Of a DNA stretch of 64,000 nt, positions 19,401-27,918 are shown one piece after another. The notes under the pieces were generated by a model that was not told the DNA's origin, ran no database searches, and saw only the letters and a list, made by a program, of their open reading frames with translations. Each line of letters opens with the position of its first letter. Positions within the stretch are counted from its first letter, which is position 1. The stretch is taken from the NCBI GenBank assembly GCA_011053005.1, contig DRHW01000016.1:39851-103850 (forward strand). The letters are read 5' to 3'. A program made the translations under genes and the position numbers. The stretch is from Methylophaga sp. GTDB lineage: Bacteria > Pseudomonadota > Gammaproteobacteria > Nitrosococcales > Methylophagaceae.

Positions 19401-19674
19401 GCGTGGTACTACCGTCAGAGGTTGCTTGAGAGAACATATAAAGCATTCCCTCAACACCATTGATTTCTTGTTCTAATGGCGTAGACACAGTATTGGCAAC
19501 CGTTTCAGCTGTTGCACCAGGATATGTGGCCGTGACTTGGATAGTCGGTGGAGCAACTTGTGGATATTGCTCAACCGCTAGGCCTAAATAGGCGAGCGAG
19601 CCGATAATAACTAAGATTATCGACAGTACCGTTGCAAATATTGGCCTATCAATAAAGAATTTAGCGAAATTCAT
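16498..19674 (-). CDS. Multidrug RND permease (HAE1, MexF/BpeF-like)
   Basis: 1058 aa. The N-terminus MNFAKFFIDRPIFATVLSIILVIIG...PPTIQVTATYPGA closely resembles MexF-type pumps from memory. It has the 12-TM RND layout. Confidence 0.9.
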   Translation of the reverse strand: MNFAKFFIDRPIFATVLSIILVIIGSLAYLGLAVEQYPQVAPPTIQVTATYPGATAETVANTVSTPLEQEINGVEGMLYMFSQATSDGSTTLTITFKLGTDLDTAQVLVQNRVAIAEPRLPEDVRRLGVTTKKNSPDLMLVVNMFSPDGTYDQTHIGNYAVLNVRDRIRRIEGVGEARIFGASEYAMRVWLKPDLLQSYDIAAGDVLTALRGQNIQVASGTLNSSPQPKQNYFEYTIQTQGRLKSPEEFGNVIVKRGENGGIVHLRDIARIELDAQDYVTRGYLGEYPAVAVPVYQRPGSNALSTSKAIIAEMQDIAKDFPPGLKYEIGYNPTEFIEQSVTAVKHTVYEAVFLVVIVILVFLQTWRAAIIPIIAIPVSLIGTFAVMSAMGFSLNNLTLFGLVLAIGIVVDDAIVIVENMERNLRKGMTPKEAARKTMDEVGSALIAMGLVLVAVFLPTLFLEGLSGKFYQAFGLTIAVATIISVFVSLTLSPALAAILMKEHDHEADARPIKWYKSPLRAFFSIFNKGLDGLSTRYGWFVGKIIRMLSIMLIVYAGLMTLTAFQFDRVPMGFIPAQDQGYFIVSISLPEGAALSETDKVVQEVTHNILKIKGVKTTVGFTGFSGATRAVQSNSAAIFTPLDSFDSRIENGIKYKDILQEMRAEVAKIKNASIVIFEPPPVRGIGSAGGFKMMIQDKGGRGLNVLEQATNDMAAAANNPDIPSATSVFSFFNTNNPQIYLDIDRDKAERLDVPVGNVFEAMEVFIGSAFVNDFNYLGRTFRVTAQAEAEDRLTIDDALRIKVRSNNGDMVPIGSFATVRDTAGPSRVPHYNLYPAAGLTGSTAAGYSSGETLLAMEKLAEKVLPDGIGYEWTEIAYQQRSTGDTAVIAFLLAVVFVFLLLAAQYESWTLPLSIVLIVPMCLLSAITGVYIAGMDNNILTQIGLVVLVGLASKNAILIVEFANDLEKSGLSVWDAAVQAAMLRLRPILMTSFAFILGVLPMVLAEGPGAEMRRALGVAVFSGMLGVTFFGLIFTPVFYVLCRKLSLLKKPATTAVSVEEK

Positions 19675-19685
19675 TTATAACGTCC

Positions 19686-20855
19686 TTATTGTTGGTCAGT
19701 AGAAGGCTGATTGGTTTCTACTTGGTCAGATTTAACCAAAGTATCAATGTCCTTCCATACGATTGACGTGCTATTCGGCGTTACTTCTTGATCAGCACTG
19801 CGTATCCTTTGGATACCATTAATAACGACGCGTTCATCACCTGTTAGACCTTTCGATACAACGATTAAACCATTATCAAGAATTGTGCCTAGAGATACAT
19901 AAGCACGTTTAACTTTATTATCTTTATCAACGATATAGACAAACTTCTTATTCTGATCAGTATTGATTGAGCCTTCTGGCAATAAAATAGCTTGGTAATC
20001 AGAACGACCTATTAATCGTGCATTACCAAATAAACCCGGATAGATAAGTCCATCGTTATTTTCTACGATAGCGCGTGCTTGGATAGTACCTGTACCGCCA
20101 TCAACGATATTATCAACAAAATCCATTTTACCGGCATGATAATACTTATCTTCATCGAGCAATTTAATGTAAATAGCATTCGGCGCTGTATCACTGCTAG
20201 GGCGTTCACCTGAACGAGCAAGACGTAGATATTTTAATAATTGGCCTTGTGAACCTTCAAACCTAAAATGGATTGGATTGATACTCACGATGCGAGTCAG
20301 CATAGTGCTGTTTTCTTCGATCATATTACCCACGTCGACAAAGCTATCACTTATTTTGCCGTCAATCGGTGCCTTAACTTGGGTGAACCCTTTTTGTAAC
20401 TCAGCTTCATCCAATGCTGATTTTGAAATATTTAGCTCTTGGCTACGTCGTTCCAACTCTTCTACAGATACTGCACGCATATCACGTAATTTATTGGCCC
20501 GTTCATACTCACTCTTAGCCAGTGAATATTCAGCTTTGGCACGTTGTAATGCATATTCAAACGGGCGAGGATCGATTACAAAAAGGACATCGCCTTTTTT
20601 AACCAGTTGACCATCTTTAAATTTTTTCTCAACTAAATAACCAGTAACCCGAGCACGCATATCCACAGTATTAATTGCTTCAAATCGGCCTGTAAACTCA
20701 TCCCAATCAGTTAATTGGTGTTTGAGTGGCAGTGAAACATCAACTTCAGCAGGAGCCGGTGCTTGAACTGCAGCAGCCTCTGGAGGGGTATTTTCACCAC
20801 ACGCAACAAGTGATAATGACAAAGCTGAAATGATTGCCAAGGATACTATTTTCAT
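19686..20855 (-). CDS. RND periplasmic adaptor (MFP, MexE-like) lipoprotein
   Basis: 389 aa with lipobox LSLVACG, a lipoyl/hairpin signature (VKKGDVLFVIDPRPFE) and a coiled-coil region. Confidence 0.88.
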   Translation of the reverse strand: MKIVSLAIISALSLSLVACGENTPPEAAAVQAPAPAEVDVSLPLKHQLTDWDEFTGRFEAINTVDMRARVTGYLVEKKFKDGQLVKKGDVLFVIDPRPFEYALQRAKAEYSLAKSEYERANKLRDMRAVSVEELERRSQELNISKSALDEAELQKGFTQVKAPIDGKISDSFVDVGNMIEENSTMLTRIVSINPIHFRFEGSQGQLLKYLRLARSGERPSSDTAPNAIYIKLLDEDKYYHAGKMDFVDNIVDGGTGTIQARAIVENNDGLIYPGLFGNARLIGRSDYQAILLPEGSINTDQNKKFVYIVDKDNKVKRAYVSLGTILDNGLIVVSKGLTGDERVVINGIQRIRSADQEVTPNSTSIVWKDIDTLVKSDQVETNQPSTDQQ

Positions 20856-20898
20856 AATTAAATTCTCTTAAATACTGTGTTTATACTGCAACGGTGTT

Positions 20899-21945
20899 TT
20901 ATGCCGAAAGTGTCGCCATATCGATTACGAACCTATAACGGACATCTGATTTTTCCATACGTTCAAATGCTTCATTAATTTCATCCATACGAATCGTTTC
21001 GCACTCCGGTAAGATATTCATTCTTCCACAAAAATCGAGCATCTCTTGTGTTTCTTTGATGCCACCAATGAGTGAGCCAGCAAGCCGACGACGACCTAAA
21101 ATCATCGGCATGGTGTTCACTTCATCTACAGGACCAACCTGACCAACAAACACTAAAGTGCCATCTAGCACGAGCAATGGTGTGTAAGGATTTAGATCAT
21201 GTTTGACGGGGATAGTATCTATGATGAGATCAAAACTAGAGGCTGCTTGTGTCATTGTGTCTTTATCGGTAGATAACAAAAATTTATCAGCACCTAATGT
21301 TTTTGCATCTTCTTCTTTATTTTTAGAACGGCTGATGACGGTAACGTGAGCACCGAGACCAGCAGCCAATTTGATCGCCATATGACCCAAGCCACCCATA
21401 CCGATAATCGCAACACGACTACCGGGACCAACATTCCATGTTCTTAAAGGAGAATAAGTCGTAATTCCTGCACAAAGTAGCGGTGCTACACGTGATAAAT
21501 CCAGACCTTCTGGAATACTTAAGACAAATTCTTCTCGTGCCACTAAATGTTTAGAATAACCACCGTGAGTGATGTTGCCATCAATTCGATCGGGTGAGCC
21601 ATAAGTGAGTGTGTGACCTTGACTGCAATATTGTTCCAAATCATTATGACATTCATTACATTCTTGGCAACTATCCACCATGCAACCAACTGCAACGTGA
21701 TCACCGACTTTAAATCGGGTGACGTTATCACTGACATTAATGACGCGTCCGACTATTTCATGACCAGGAACAATTGGGTAACTAGACCAATTCCAGTCAT
21801 TACGTGCCATATGAAGATCAGAATGACACACACCACAATAGAGAATTTCCATTGCAACATCACTCTCACGAAGTGTGCGATGTTCAAATTTGAAAGGGGC
21901 AAGACGAGCGTCAGGAGACTGTGCAGCATAACCAATTGTTTTCAT
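20899..21945 (-). CDS. Zn-dependent NAD(P) alcohol/aldehyde dehydrogenase (cinnamyl-ADH / YahK-like)
   Basis: 348 aa with the catalytic Zn motif GVCHSDLH...GHEIVG, the structural Zn cysteines CQECNECHNDLEQYC and the Rossmann motif IIGMGGLGH. It lies 43 nt upstream of the MFP gene with no hairpin between them. Confidence 0.88.
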   Translation of the reverse strand: MKTIGYAAQSPDARLAPFKFEHRTLRESDVAMEILYCGVCHSDLHMARNDWNWSSYPIVPGHEIVGRVINVSDNVTRFKVGDHVAVGCMVDSCQECNECHNDLEQYCSQGHTLTYGSPDRIDGNITHGGYSKHLVAREEFVLSIPEGLDLSRVAPLLCAGITTYSPLRTWNVGPGSRVAIIGMGGLGHMAIKLAAGLGAHVTVISRSKNKEEDAKTLGADKFLLSTDKDTMTQAASSFDLIIDTIPVKHDLNPYTPLLVLDGTLVFVGQVGPVDEVNTMPMILGRRRLAGSLIGGIKETQEMLDFCGRMNILPECETIRMDEINEAFERMEKSDVRYRFVIDMATLSA

Positions 21946-22429
21946 GTGTCATCTCTAGAGAGTTAATGTGTATAAAGTGCTAGATATTCGAGTTTACGGA
22001 TTATTTACGTTTTTTTGCTGACAGTGAAGGACTCAGTAGCGTTTATCATATAACTGAGTCATTAAAATCATCATAATTGTTCATTTAAATAGGCAGTTTA
22101 AATGCAACTTTCTGCTCATTTTAGCTTAGCACTGGGTCGGTTAAGGTAAGGTTAAGAATATCAATTTATTAAGATATGTCATATTGTCAATGACAGAATT
22201 TTAGTGTGCAATTAATATAATGATGACTAGTCCCATTCAATACAAAATTATTTTGTATTAATTTAACAGTTAAAATATAAATTGATTAGGTGGCTAACCA
22301 TGAATGAACTTATGAATAGAATTCATTAATAAGTATTCTTAATCTAAAACTTAACTCATCTTTACCTCATTAAATAAAAATTTTATACTAAACTCATGAA
22401 ATTTCTTCATTAGTATAAGTAGGGTTTAT

Positions 22430-23323
22430 ATGCTTCGTGACAATCTTAATGATCTCGTCGGTTTTATAGCTGTTGCAAGAGAAGGCAGCTTTACCAAAGC
22501 GGCAGCAAAACTAGGCATTTCTCAATCGGCTTTGAGTCATGCAATTAGTGGGTTGGAGAAGAAATTAGGAATTCGTTTACTTGCTCGAAGTACGCGAAGC
22601 GTGTCAACAACAGAAGCGGGTGAACGCTTATTGGCCAAAATCGGTCCAAAACTCGATGAAATTGGTGAAGAACTATCAGTTATCGGCGAGTTAAGTGGCA
22701 GCCCTTCAGGCACAATCAGAATAAATGCCAGTGAACATCCTGCAAAAATGATCATATGGCCTAAGCTTATTGGCATACTTAAAGACTATCCGGATCTGAA
22801 CGTTGAAGTGACAATTGATCATAAATTGATTGATATCGTGGCTGAAAGATATGATCTAGGTGTTCGGCTAGGTGGGTCGTTACCGAAAGATATGATTGCG
22901 ATTCGAATTTCGCCTGATACTCAAATGGCTGTTGTTGGTACTAAACAATATTTCGATAAGGCTTCAATACCACTCACTCCAGATGATTTAAAAGCACATA
23001 ACTGTATTAATTACAGATTACCGACATCAGGTGGTATTTATTCATGGGAGTTTGAAAAAGATCAGATTGATTTTAGTGTTCGGTTGCGAGGCCAAATTAC
23101 ATTTAATAGTAGTTATTTAGCCATTGAGGCAGCGCTTGCAGGTTTAGGCGTTGCTTATCTTCCGCATGACATGGCGCAACAATATATTGATCAAGGTCTG
23201 CTTATTAGAGTCTTAGAAGATTGGTGTCCACCTTTTTCTGGATACCATATTTATTACCCAAACCGTCATCAGCCATCATCTGCTTTCACGACCATTGTTG
23301 AAGCACTTCGCTATAGAGAATAA
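22430..23323 (+). CDS. LysR-family transcriptional regulator
   Basis: 297 aa with an N-terminal HTH (FIAVAREGSFTKAAAKLGISQSALSHAISGLEKKLGIRLLAR). Divergent from the ADH-RND operon across 484 bp. Confidence 0.9.
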   Translation: MLRDNLNDLVGFIAVAREGSFTKAAAKLGISQSALSHAISGLEKKLGIRLLARSTRSVSTTEAGERLLAKIGPKLDEIGEELSVIGELSGSPSGTIRINASEHPAKMIIWPKLIGILKDYPDLNVEVTIDHKLIDIVAERYDLGVRLGGSLPKDMIAIRISPDTQMAVVGTKQYFDKASIPLTPDDLKAHNCINYRLPTSGGIYSWEFEKDQIDFSVRLRGQITFNSSYLAIEAALAGLGVAYLPHDMAQQYIDQGLLIRVLEDWCPPFSGYHIYYPNRHQPSSAFTTIVEALRYRE

Positions 23324-23442
23324 AGTCTGAGCACTGAGCTAGAATTTCGGAGTATGAATAAGGGATAACAGACAACGAGATTGACAAAGAAATTTAAATA
23401 TGTGGTACTTGAGCTGGACGTTTCTTTATAAGGAGATATGTC

Positions 23443-23826
23443 ATGAGTTGGCGAGTAGTACTCGATGAGCAAACGTATACCAATGATGAAATTGAGTCGA
23501 GATTAAAAACGGAACTCCCTCATTGGTATCTTGAAAATGGTTGGATACGACGTAAATATAAAACTAGCGGATGGAAAAGCACGTTAATGCTCGTGACAAC
23601 CGTAGGCCATTTAGCTGAGGCAGCATTTCATCACCCCGACATGGTCGTGTCTTATGCTTTTGTTATCGTTAAATTAACGAACCATGCAGCAAAAGGAATT
23701 ACGAATAAGGATTTTGAATTAGCGAAAAAAATAGAAGACGTCATCATGTGGCAACCAGGTAAAGAAGATGGGGCACTGGAAGGAACACCAAAAGAATCTC
23801 AGTTTAAATATATTAAATATGACTAA
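23443..23826 (+). CDS. Pterin-4a-carbinolamine dehydratase (PCD/DCoH)-like protein
   Basis: 127 aa with the core motif AEAAFHHPDMVVSYAFVIVKLTNHA. No phenylalanine hydroxylase gene is nearby. Confidence 0.7.
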   Translation: MSWRVVLDEQTYTNDEIESRLKTELPHWYLENGWIRRKYKTSGWKSTLMLVTTVGHLAEAAFHHPDMVVSYAFVIVKLTNHAAKGITNKDFELAKKIEDVIMWQPGKEDGALEGTPKESQFKYIKYD

Positions 23827-24015
23827 AATTGACCTGTGGCATTTTCATTATCATGTGGATATATATGTGCGAATCAATGTCAAATAGAACAATTATCATT
23901 AATCGTGCTTACTGAGCGCATGGTTGATCTATATTCAAGCCTTATGTAATCATCTGGCTTTGAAAATTATCTCGAATATCAATGAACAAAAAATTTATTA
24001 TTTTAGGAGCATGAC

Positions 24016-24312
24016 ATGCTGGTAACGTTTACAACAAAATCTTACGCTGACATCACTATGTTTGGTGATATTGCCGTGACTTTATTAAAAATGATGGGCC
24101 ATAGCGGAACAGTTCCAAGTGCTATTCTCGCTGACGATGTGCCAGAAGCGCTATCACGCTTGAAAAGTGCACTTGATGCTCAAGCAGAGCAGACGCCATC
24201 GCAACAAGGCAAAGATGATGAACCACCAGTCAGTGTGCATAATCGGGCTGTACCTTTAGTAGAATTACTCACAGCAGCGGCAAATGAAAAGTCCGATGTG
24301 ATGTGGAAATAA
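24016..24312 (+). CDS. DUF1840 domain protein
   Basis: 98 aa. The N-terminus MLVTFTTKSYADITMFGDIAVTLLKMMGHSG matches my memory of DUF1840. Confidence 0.6.
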   Translation: MLVTFTTKSYADITMFGDIAVTLLKMMGHSGTVPSAILADDVPEALSRLKSALDAQAEQTPSQQGKDDEPPVSVHNRAVPLVELLTAAANEKSDVMWK

Positions 24313-24336
24313 CAGACTGTAAAGATATGTAATTAT

Positions 24337-24360
24337 GATGAGTTGAGTGATCAACTCATC
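24337..24360 (+). terminator. Hairpin after the DUF1840 gene
   Basis: GATGAGTTGA-gtga-TCAACTCATC forms a perfect 10-bp stem. No clear U-tract follows. Confidence 0.5.
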
Positions 24361-24427
24361 AACAGCATGGCTGCGTTGCAATAAAAAACGAGCTCTATTC
24401 GCAATTAGCACTTTAAAAAGCGATTAC

Positions 24428-26218
24428 TCATAAGCTAAATACGCTTAATACACCACCCAAATTTGTCCAATTAGATAGGGCACGATAAGCGCCGACCGCG
24501 CCATCGCCATCGCCATCATTTGTAAAGCTTGGAATGGCCATACCAATACCTGCCCAGCCACCGACACCCGATAAGATAGAAATGTATTGTTTGTCTGCAT
24601 GCCAGTATGTATTAACATTACCGATAATGCCGGATGCGGTTTTAAATCGCCATAATTCACGACCAGTTTTAGCATCGACGGCTTTTATATAACCTTCCAA
24701 AGTACCGTAAAAAACAATATCAGAAGCGGTTGCTAATGCACCTGACCAGACGGAAAAACGCTCAGGATTCGACCAGACAATTTGACCAATTCGAGCATCC
24801 CAAGCAATGAATTTTCCTAAGTGTGTGCCATTGGGGGCTGGATACATATTTAAAGATGCACCAACATAAGCCTGTCCCGACACATAACCTACTTCAAAGG
24901 GTTCAGAATCCATGCATAAACGATTCATGGGCACATAATATAATCCTGTTCGAGGAGAATAAGCGGCAGGTTGTTGATTTTTTGAGCCCAAGGCAGCAGG
25001 ACAGATCCCCGTTGTAACCTCATCTTCACCATTATTATCGGGTGAATATTCGAGCACTCGTTCTGGATAACCGGTCTTCATATTAATACTGCTTGCCCAG
25101 TTCACCGAAGGATCAAATTTTTTCGCTAGTAGTAACTCCCCTGAGACTCTGTCCATGGTGTATGCAAAACCGTTACGATCAAAATGTACGGCTGTTTTAC
25201 GCATTTTGTCGTGTATTTTTTGGTCAGCCAAAATAATCTCATTGACACCGTCATAGTCCCACTCATCATGAGGCGTCATTTGATATATCCATTTGGCGAC
25301 ACCTGAATCTAAATCCCGACCAAATAACGACATTGACCATTTATTATCACCAGGGCGTTGAACAGGGTTCCAAGTCGAAGGATTGGCACTGCCATAGTAA
25401 AATAGGTTCAGATCAGGATCATAGGAAAACCAGCCCCAAGTTGCACCGCCTCCGATCTTCCATTGTTCACCTTGCCAGCTTTTTAACGATGAATCTTTTC
25501 CGATAGGTTTAAGCATTGATGTTGTTTTAGCGGGATCAACTAGCATTTCATTATCAGGTCCAGTGCTGTAAGCTCGCCACCGTTTTTCTCCATTTAAACC
25601 ATAGGCTTGTACGTAACCTCTAATACCAAATTCACTACCAGAAATACCTACTAATACTTTATCTTTCATTACAAAAGCAGCACCGGTACTGGTTGCACCA
25701 CGTTTTGCATCATCGCGCTTATCTGACCAAAGTAATTTGCCAGTGTTAATATCTAAAGCGACCAAGGTGGTATCTGCTTGGTTTAAAAATATTTTGCCAT
25801 CGGCATAAGCCAAGCCACGGTTCACATTATCGCAACACATAACAGGCACCACTTCTTCAGCACTTTGCATGGGCTTATATTGCCATTTGATTGCGCCATC
25901 GTTATTCAAATCAAGTGCAAATACAATGTTCGGAAAAGGTGTTTGCACATACATCACGTCATCAATGACGAGAGCATTACCTTCATGACCTCGTAATACA
26001 CCGGTTGAAAATGACCAAGCCATACTTAGGTTTGTGATATTGTCATGATTGATTTGTTTCAGTTCGCTGTATCGTTGATTATTATAGTTACCCGCTGGCA
26101 TAACCCAGTTTTCCGGATTTTTTTGCATATCAACAAGCTCATCTGTCGCAGCTAGAGTAGGCAAGCTATTTACTAATAGCATCAATGACAACATTTTTAG
26201 CTTTTTGGAATACTTCAT
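24428..26218 (-). CDS. xoxF: PQQ-dependent methanol/ethanol dehydrogenase, XoxF-type (lanthanide signature)
   Basis: 596 aa with a signal peptide and the vicinal disulfide [10 protein letters not shown]. Typical XoxF blocks are present ([44 protein letters not shown]). The motif [11 protein letters not shown] places D321 and D323 at 25250..25258. Confidence 0.85.
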   Translation of the reverse strand: MKYSKKLKMLSLMLLVNSLPTLAATDELVDMQKNPENWVMPAGNYNNQRYSELKQINHDNITNLSMAWSFSTGVLRGHEGNALVIDDVMYVQTPFPNIVFALDLNNDGAIKWQYKPMQSAEEVVPVMCCDNVNRGLAYADGKIFLNQADTTLVALDINTGKLLWSDKRDDAKRGATSTGAAFVMKDKVLVGISGSEFGIRGYVQAYGLNGEKRWRAYSTGPDNEMLVDPAKTTSMLKPIGKDSSLKSWQGEQWKIGGGATWGWFSYDPDLNLFYYGSANPSTWNPVQRPGDNKWSMSLFGRDLDSGVAKWIYQMTPHDEWDYDGVNEIILADQKIHDKMRKTAVHFDRNGFAYTMDRVSGELLLAKKFDPSVNWASSINMKTGYPERVLEYSPDNNGEDEVTTGICPAALGSKNQQPAAYSPRTGLYYVPMNRLCMDSEPFEVGYVSGQAYVGASLNMYPAPNGTHLGKFIAWDARIGQIVWSNPERFSVWSGALATASDIVFYGTLEGYIKAVDAKTGRELWRFKTASGIIGNVNTYWHADKQYISILSGVGGWAGIGMAIPSFTNDGDGDGAVGAYRALSNWTNLGGVLSVFSL

Positions 26219-26391
26219 CTACCTTCCGTATATTTTATAAAGTTGCTATATAAAGTTGAATTTTATATCTTTTTTATTTAAATAAGCAGGGTTGATAATT
26301 GTCTTATCAAATAATAAGGCATAAATCTATGCACGAGATTTTAGAACATTAAGCCGCGAACATCCATGATACCAACAGATTACTCACTTTA

Positions 26392-27117
26392 TTGACAATG
26401 TTCTGGTACGATCATTTCGTGAAAAAATTAAAACAATTACTTATTCGTTACTTACTGTTGCTTATGCTGGCTTTTGTGCTAGTAAGCCTCCTGATAGTTG
26501 TACCATTTCGATGGCTTAACCCACCTATTACGATGGTCATGATGGAGCGCTGGTTATATTCCGATAACGATCACTTTAAATTAAAGCAAACATGGTTGAG
26601 TTGGGATGCTATTCCAAAACATGCAGCACTTGCGGTTGTGACTTCGGAAGATCAATTATTCCCTTTACATAAAGGATTTGATGTTGATTCCATAATGAAA
26701 TCATTACGTGCATCAGATGAAGGCGGTCAATTACGTGGTGCAAGTACAATAAGCCAACAAGTTGCACGCAATGTTTATTTATGGACGGGTCGTAGTTGGC
26801 TACGTAAAGGTTTGGAGGCATGGTTTACCTTGTTGATTGAATTTACGTGGGGCAAACAACGGATTTTAGAAGTCTATCTAAACATCGCCGAATGGGGAGA
26901 GGGTGTCTTTGGCCTAGAAGCTGCGAGTCAATATCATTTCGGGCAATCAGCCAAGCGTTTAAGCCCAATGCAAGAAGCATTGTTAGCCTCTTGTTTACCG
27001 AGCCCAATACGGTTTGATCCAGCAAAACCATCAGCACATATTCGTGCAAGAGCTGAATGGAATCTCAAACAACAAAAACGTTTAGGTGGTGAGCGGTGGT
27101 TAAAACAAATGGATTAA
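26392..27117 (+). CDS. mtgA: Monofunctional peptidoglycan glycosyltransferase MtgA
   Basis: 241 aa with an N-terminal TM helix and GT51 motifs (SEDQLFPLHKGFD, GASTISQQVARN, RILEVYLNIAEWG). Start is TTG 26392 or ATG 26398. Confidence 0.88.
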   Translation: MTMFWYDHFVKKLKQLLIRYLLLLMLAFVLVSLLIVVPFRWLNPPITMVMMERWLYSDNDHFKLKQTWLSWDAIPKHAALAVVTSEDQLFPLHKGFDVDSIMKSLRASDEGGQLRGASTISQQVARNVYLWTGRSWLRKGLEAWFTLLIEFTWGKQRILEVYLNIAEWGEGVFGLEAASQYHFGQSAKRLSPMQEALLASCLPSPIRFDPAKPSAHIRARAEWNLKQQKRLGGERWLKQMD

Positions 27118-27204
27118 TGGTTTAGCTGAATTTGATAGAACCCGGCTAGTTGGGATGTATTTTAATTTCTAACACAATAATACGTGAAAATGGATGCTAA
27201 AAAA

Positions 27205-27237
27205 GCCGTAATGAATTTAATCATTACGGCTTTTTTT
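27205..27237. terminator. Bidirectional rho-independent terminator (mtgA / PEP-CTERM gene)
   Basis: AAAAA-GCCGTAATGA-atttaa-TCATTACGGC-TTTTTTT. Confidence 0.85.
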
Positions 27238-27239
27238 AC

Positions 27240-27767
27240 TTAAGCTAATACGTTTTTGGTATTACGACGAAAACCCATAAAGGCTAATAAGGCTGGTGCA
27301 AGTAAAAATATTGCAGCAGGAAGAGGGACTGCCGATATAGCTGATACATTTAAAGACATTCCGCCAGTATTATCTTTGTAATTGGTATCGCGGATGAAAA
27401 ATTTAACCGTTGCATCGGATAATAAAGTGAAAGTCGTGCTAATTGCATTGAGTAACGCTAATTCCGGAGTAGCATATCTACTAAGGTTACTAATAAAATT
27501 AACACCTGTCTCCGGTGTTTCAAAGGAGTAGCTATTAATCCAGCCTTTTGAACAGTTTTCTCCTGCACCATTACAGCCTGACGTTGCGCTCCAAGCATTC
27601 CATGATGTGAAAATGCCAGCAAATGGATTAACACTATAGGTGCCCGCCGTCAGAAATAATTCAACGGGATTGAGATTTGTATTGGTTTTTGCAGTGAGGT
27701 CAACAACTGCTGCATTGACTGTTATGGGGGCAATCAAAAACAGTCCTAACAAAATGATTTTCTTCAT
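27240..27767 (-). CDS. Secreted protein with C-terminal PEP-CTERM / VPLPA-CTERM-type sorting signal
   Basis: 175 aa with a signal peptide (MKKIILLGLFLIAPITVNA). The C-terminus AVPLPAAIFLLAPALLAFMGFRRNTK has the motif, TM helix and basic cluster expected of exosortase substrates. Confidence 0.7.
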   Translation of the reverse strand: MKKIILLGLFLIAPITVNAAVVDLTAKTNTNLNPVELFLTAGTYSVNPFAGIFTSWNAWSATSGCNGAGENCSKGWINSYSFETPETGVNFISNLSRYATPELALLNAISTTFTLLSDATVKFFIRDTNYKDNTGGMSLNVSAISAVPLPAAIFLLAPALLAFMGFRRNTKNVLA

Positions 27768-27903
27768 TGTCTAATCCTCAGGTTATATGTAACCCAGCTA
27801 TCTTTATTTAATAAACTTAAAGACCTGAAGCTTTCCGTAACTTGGTTCACACCAAGGTTGGCTTTTGTATATTCGTTATTAATGTCCAGCACTCATTAAA
27901 ATA

Positions 27904-27918
27904 GCATTAGATGTGCCA
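27904..27918 (-). promoter_or_regulatory. Candidate sigma54 (-24/-12) promoter for the PEP-CTERM gene
   Basis: The minus strand reads TGGCAC-ATCTA-ATGC, which fits GG-N10-GC with a perfect -24 TGGCAC. It lies about 135 nt upstream of ATG 27767. Confidence 0.5.

Noticed and set aside
23443-23826. PCD/DCoH-like gene considered as evidence for an aromatic amino-acid hydroxylase system.
   Set aside because: No phhA-like hydroxylase or pterin-recycling partner lies in the window. Stand-alone PCD-like genes are common, so nothing remarkable can be supported.
24490-24520. Short tandem gccatc repeats (GCCATCGCCATCGCCATC).
   Set aside because: This is coding sequence for the Gly-Asp-rich C-terminal loop ([10 protein letters not shown]) of XoxF on the minus strand. 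It is not a non-coding repeat element.
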